Shown here one piece after another: positions 28,836 through 32,315 of a stretch of 32,315 nucleotides of DNA (within the stretch, counting starts at the first letter, position 1; each line of letters begins with the position of its first letter). Origin of the DNA: Eubacteriales bacterium. Lineage in GTDB: Bacteria; Bacillota; Clostridia; Oscillospirales; CAG-272. Below the pieces are notes generated by a model that saw nothing but the letters and a program-made list of their open reading frames with translations, did not search any database and was not told the origin of the DNA. The DNA is taken from the NCBI GenBank assembly GCA_045645175.1, contig JAZRIH010000007.1, positions 1 to 32,315 on the forward strand. Reading direction: 5' to 3'. The position numbers and the translations under genes were made by a program.

Positions 28836-28865
28836 CTTGAATTTTTCGGAAGTTTATGATATACT
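28836..28865 (+). promoter_or_regulatory. Sigma-A-type promoter upstream of metG
   Basis: TTGAAT-18 nt-TATACT with TGn extension. Confidence 0.55.
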
Positions 28866-28911
28866 AACATATGAATCAGTTTTGTCGATAAGTTTTTCTT
28901 TCGAATGGCCT

Positions 28912-29006
28912 CAGCCAAGGAAAAGGGTGGGGAGGAGCCGGCGCAGAGGCGACGGCGGAGGGGAGGGGAAAAACTTCGGCGTTTGAGATGGTTTTCCCCT
29001 CCCCTC
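28912..29006 (+). repeat. Repeat family A copy 5
   Basis: CAGCCAAGGAAAAGGGTGG..gccggcgc..gcgacggc..gaggggaggggaaaa-ACTTCGGCGTTTGAGATGG-ttttcccctcccctc. Confidence 0.9.
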
Positions 29007-29087
29007 TTTCTCTGCCTAATCGATAATCTGTGTATGCAAAACAATCTGGCTGTCATCCCCGACAGCAAGAAACGGAGATATATAATC

Positions 29088-30698
29088 ATGAAAAAAAGAT
29101 TCTTTATTGGTGGCGCATGGCCCTATGCCAATAACTCCCTCCACGTCGGTCACCTGGCGGCACTTCTGCCCGGCGACGTGCTGGCTCGCTTCGGCAGACT
29201 GTGCGACTACGATGTCATTTACGTTTCGGGCACCGACTCCCACGGCACTCCCATCACCGAGCGCGCAAAGAGAGAGAAGGTAACCCCCGCTTCCATCGCA
29301 GAGCAGTATCACGCAGAATTTACCCGTGATTTCGATGCGCTGGGCTTCACCTACGACAAATACACCGCCACCTTTACCGATTATCACAAGAAGGGCGTGC
29401 AGGACATCCTGCGCAAGATCCAGGCAAACGGCTACCTCTACGAAACCACCGAGGAGCAGGACTGGTGTGATACCTGCGGTAAGTTCGTTTCCGACCGTGA
29501 GATCGAGGGTAACTGCCCCGTTTGCGGCAAGCTGACTCGCGGCGACCAGTGCGAATTCTGTAATGCTTCCTTCGATTCCAAGATGATGACCGAAAAGCGT
29601 TGCCGTACCTGCGGAAATAATACCACCACCCGCATGAACAAGCATCTGATGTTCGCGCTCTCCAAGTTCCAGAAGGACGTGGAGGAATTCACCGAAAAGA
29701 TGGCACCCAACTGGCGTCTGAATGCGGTGAACGAAACCCGTAAGTACCTCCAGCAGGGTCTGCCCGACAGAGCGGCAACCCGTGACCTGGATTGGGGTGT
29801 TGAAGTGCCCGTAGAAGGCTACGAGTCCAAGCGTATCTACGTTTGGTTCGAGGCGGTGCTGGGCTACATGACCACCGGTATGTGGGTTGCCGAGCAGAGA
29901 GGCATCGACTTTAACGAGTACATGACCGAGGACGGCAATCTCAACAATTACTATATCCACGGCAAGGATAATATTCCTTTCCACACCGTTATTTTCCCTG
30001 CGCTGTTGATGGCAATGGACAAATCTCTCTGTTTGCCTACTCACATCGTTTCCTCCGAATACGTGAACATGAACGATGAGAAAATGTCCAAATCCAAGGG
30101 CAACCTGATCTCTGTACACGAGCTGGCAGAGACCTTCCCCATGGATGCTACCCGTTTCTACACCATCCTCTACAATCCCGAGCGTCGTGACGTGAACTTC
30201 TCTATTCCCGACCTCATTTCCACCTACAATAAGTTCCTGGCAGGCGGTCTTGGCAACTTCGTAAACCGTAACCTCTCCTTCCTGAAGAAGAAGTTCGGCG
30301 GCGTTGTTCCCGCAGGTACCGTAGATGCAGAGGTAAAGGCGCACGTGGAAGAGCTGTACAAGACTCTGGGTGCTAAGTTCGAGAACGCTGAGCTGCGTTC
30401 TGCCGCTGAAGAAATGGTGACCCTGATCCAGTACGCTAACAAGTACTACGATGATCAGAAGCCTTGGGTACAGGCAAAGGCAGAGGACCTCACCGATTTT
30501 GCCAATACCACCGCTACTTGCATCTATCTGATGGCAAACATGGCAAATCTGTTTGCTCCCATCATTCCCGAGGGCTGTGAAAAGCTGGCGAAGGTGCTGG
30601 GCATGGACAAGCTGTCCTGGAATCCCGTGACTCTCCCCGAGACCTTTACTCTGGGCGAAGTACCGATCCTCTACACCCGTATCGACGAAAAGAAGTAA
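29088..30698 (+). CDS. metG: Methionyl-tRNA synthetase (short form, two zinc knuckles)
   Basis: GGAWPYANNSLHVGH, SGTDSHGTPI, four CxxC, RDLDWGV, YVWFEA, HGKDNIPFH, KMSKS; ATG 29088. Confidence 0.95.
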   Translation: MKKRFFIGGAWPYANNSLHVGHLAALLPGDVLARFGRLCDYDVIYVSGTDSHGTPITERAKREKVTPASIAEQYHAEFTRDFDALGFTYDKYTATFTDYHKKGVQDILRKIQANGYLYETTEEQDWCDTCGKFVSDREIEGNCPVCGKLTRGDQCEFCNASFDSKMMTEKRCRTCGNNTTTRMNKHLMFALSKFQKDVEEFTEKMAPNWRLNAVNETRKYLQQGLPDRAATRDLDWGVEVPVEGYESKRIYVWFEAVLGYMTTGMWVAEQRGIDFNEYMTEDGNLNNYYIHGKDNIPFHTVIFPALLMAMDKSLCLPTHIVSSEYVNMNDEKMSKSKGNLISVHELAETFPMDATRFYTILYNPERRDVNFSIPDLISTYNKFLAGGLGNFVNRNLSFLKKKFGGVVPAGTVDAEVKAHVEELYKTLGAKFENAELRSAAEEMVTLIQYANKYYDDQKPWVQAKAEDLTDFANTTATCIYLMANMANLFAPIIPEGCEKLAKVLGMDKLSWNPVTLPETFTLGEVPILYTRIDEKK

Positions 30699-30711
30699 TG
30701 ACAATTTGATT

Positions 30712-30740
30712 CAAAAAATGGGGCATTGCCCCATTTTTTG
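30712..30740 (+). terminator. Intrinsic terminator after metG
   Basis: caaaaaatggggca-t-tgccccattttttg. Confidence 0.85.
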
Positions 30741-30767
30741 TAATCGAAGTGAAGAAAGGTACATAGA

Positions 30768-31151
30768 ATGAAATATTTTCTGATTATCATCGGTCTGTTG
30801 CTTGCGCTGATCGGCTTTAGCTTTCTGATGAAATATCGCAATATCCGCAAGACCACCAAGAAATCGGTGGGCAAGGTAGTGGATCATCGTAAGGTGGATT
30901 CCACCAAAAATATGCCTGCGGGTTTTCTTGCCATCGCCGATTATAAGGTAGAGAGCAAGACCGTGCGCGGCATTTCCACCTTCCCCGTAGCCCAGAAGTA
31001 TTCGGTGGGTTACAATCTGGAGCTCCTTTATAACAAGGACAATCCCAAAAACTTCATCCCCATGGCATTCACCCGCGCCATGGAGATTTACGGTCTGCTT
31101 CTCCCCATCGGTATGGCACTCGCTATCTGGGGCGTAAGTATGTTTTTCTAA
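30768..31151 (+). CDS. Small membrane protein with N- and C-terminal TM (DUF3592-like)
   Basis: TM - GKVVD..Y..VG..YNKDNP - TM architecture; GAAAGG RBS. Confidence 0.7.
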   Translation: MKYFLIIIGLLLALIGFSFLMKYRNIRKTTKKSVGKVVDHRKVDSTKNMPAGFLAIADYKVESKTVRGISTFPVAQKYSVGYNLELLYNKDNPKNFIPMAFTRAMEIYGLLLPIGMALAIWGVSMFF

Positions 31152-31159
31152 AAAGCAAG

Positions 31160-31192
31160 AACACCCTATTGGATCAAATCCAATAGGGTGTT
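31160..31192. terminator. Bidirectional intrinsic terminator
   Basis: aacaccctattggat-caa-atccaatagggtgtt. Confidence 0.85.
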
Positions 31193-31195
31193 TTC

Positions 31196-32104
31196 TCATA
31201 TCCGATAGTTGATTGCGTGATGCGCAACCGACACATTTGCGCAGTCGGTTTGTTCAATCTCGCCGTCGATGCAGATCTGGGTGGTGCCGCTCACTGTGAT
31301 GGAACGAATGCGGCGGTAGATTACGATGTCTTCAAATCCCTTGGGAGGCAGATCGGTTTCGGGATCCAGCAGGGTGCCGTCCTTGTATTTGCCGATGAGC
31401 TTGATGAAGTTCAGTCGGCTGGTCTTCTTGACGAGAAGCATTTCCAAAACGCCGTCGCTCATGTCAGATGCGGGGGAGTTGTGGAATCCGCCGCCGCACC
31501 ACTGACCGTTGCAGATGGCGCAGAGCAGGCAAGAGCCCTCAAACTCAAAGGTGGAGCCGTCGACGCACTCTGCCACGATGTGGAAATCTTCGCCGAAGGG
31601 CTTGAAAAATTCGGTTGCCACGCCCATGATATAGGCGAAGGTGCGTCCCGAGAAACGCATTTTCTTGAATTTAGCGGCGCTGACCACCACATTGCAGTCA
31701 AAGCCGATGTTCAGCATATTGATGGCGTAACGGTTATTTACACGGATCAGATCCAGCGGGATCACTTTTCCCTTAGGCTCGGTGGGCAGGGACTTAATGG
31801 TGTCGTTGCCCGAACCGCTGGGGCAGATGGTTAGAGTTGCGCTATCTCCGGCATTCGCATCCATGACGCCGCAGACGGCATCGTTGATGGAACCGTCACC
31901 GCCGTAGATGTCAAAATGGGTGTTGGGATCTTCTCTCAAGCACTCGGCAACATAGCGGCGGCAATCACCCTCGCGGGCGGTGTAATAGGTGCGTGCGTAG
32001 GCAGGCTTCGCGGAATTGTCGGTGATGGTCACATTCTTTTGGCCGTTCTCTTTGGCAGCAGAGCCGCCACCTGCGGCAGGATTAATGACAGCGATCTCTC
32101 TCAT
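31196..32104 (-). CDS. Diacylglycerol/lipid kinase family protein (YegS/DagK-like)
   Basis: INPAAG, GGDGSIND, PSGSGND, IGFD, NGQWCGGG, DGE; ATG 32104 after AAGGAG. Confidence 0.9.
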   Translation of the reverse strand: MREIAVINPAAGGGSAAKENGQKNVTITDNSAKPAYARTYYTAREGDCRRYVAECLREDPNTHFDIYGGDGSINDAVCGVMDANAGDSATLTICPSGSGNDTIKSLPTEPKGKVIPLDLIRVNNRYAINMLNIGFDCNVVVSAAKFKKMRFSGRTFAYIMGVATEFFKPFGEDFHIVAECVDGSTFEFEGSCLLCAICNGQWCGGGFHNSPASDMSDGVLEMLLVKKTSRLNFIKLIGKYKDGTLLDPETDLPPKGFEDIVIYRRIRSITVSGTTQICIDGEIEQTDCANVSVAHHAINYRI

Positions 32105-32140
32105 AGGGTCTTCTCCTTGATTTCGACAGATTATGACAAT

Positions 32141-32169
32141 AGTATAGCACAAACTGGGTGAAATTGCAA
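32141..32169 (-). promoter_or_regulatory. Sigma-A-type promoter of the lipid kinase
   Basis: TTGCAA-17 nt-TATACT with TGn extension. Confidence 0.7.
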
Positions 32170-32245
32170 GATGCATGGGAGAAAAAAGGTGACCGAACAA
32201 CAAAAAGCAGGACGGTTTGGGCTCATTCTCATAAGGATGTTTACC

Positions 32246-32272
32246 GTAGCGGCGACCATTGGTCGCCCCTAC
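32246..32272. repeat. GTAG-type REP-like palindrome
   Basis: GTAGcggcgacc-att-ggtcgcccCTAC. Confidence 0.55.
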
Positions 32273-32315
32273 AAACGAATTTCGGCAGAGATATTGTTTT
32301 CTCTGCCGATTTGTG

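Noticed and set aside
9547-29006. Family A as CRISPR repeats
   Set aside because: Copies are kilobases apart, in both orientations, with no spacers or cas genes
28870-29087. T-box or SAM riboswitch upstream of metG
   Set aside because: No GGTGGnACC T-box or S-box consensus; the structure present is family A, also found at unrelated loci

Overview
Chromosomal region of a probably spore-forming Clostridia/Firmicutes bacterium (T-box, IreB, SpoVB-like and SpoVM-like genes, sigma-A promoters with extended -10). About 28 CDS, mostly housekeeping: Na/Pi cotransporter, aldo/keto reductase, PhoB/PhoR-type pair, CofE-like ligase, typA, ireB, ribF, a DD-carboxypeptidase homologue, trpS with T-box, mtaB, rsgA, a PHP hydrolase, a methyltransferase, metG and a lipid kinase, plus two tandem HEXXH/discoidin lipoproteins. 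No transposase, integrase, phage gene, tRNA, rRNA or CRISPR array was seen. The strongest unexplained signal is non-coding: a dispersed ~100-nt structured repeat (family A, 5 copies, both orientations) whose stems covary around an invariant 19-nt loop, with one partial copy in frame inside a gene and one elaborated copy in the typA leader. A second three-hairpin repeat (family B, 2 copies) also covaries. Other points: a 25-aa SpoVM-like ORF missing from the ORF track, a DacA-like protein with all three catalytic motifs altered, and a MetRS2-type synthetase. All calls are by eye; no database search was run.
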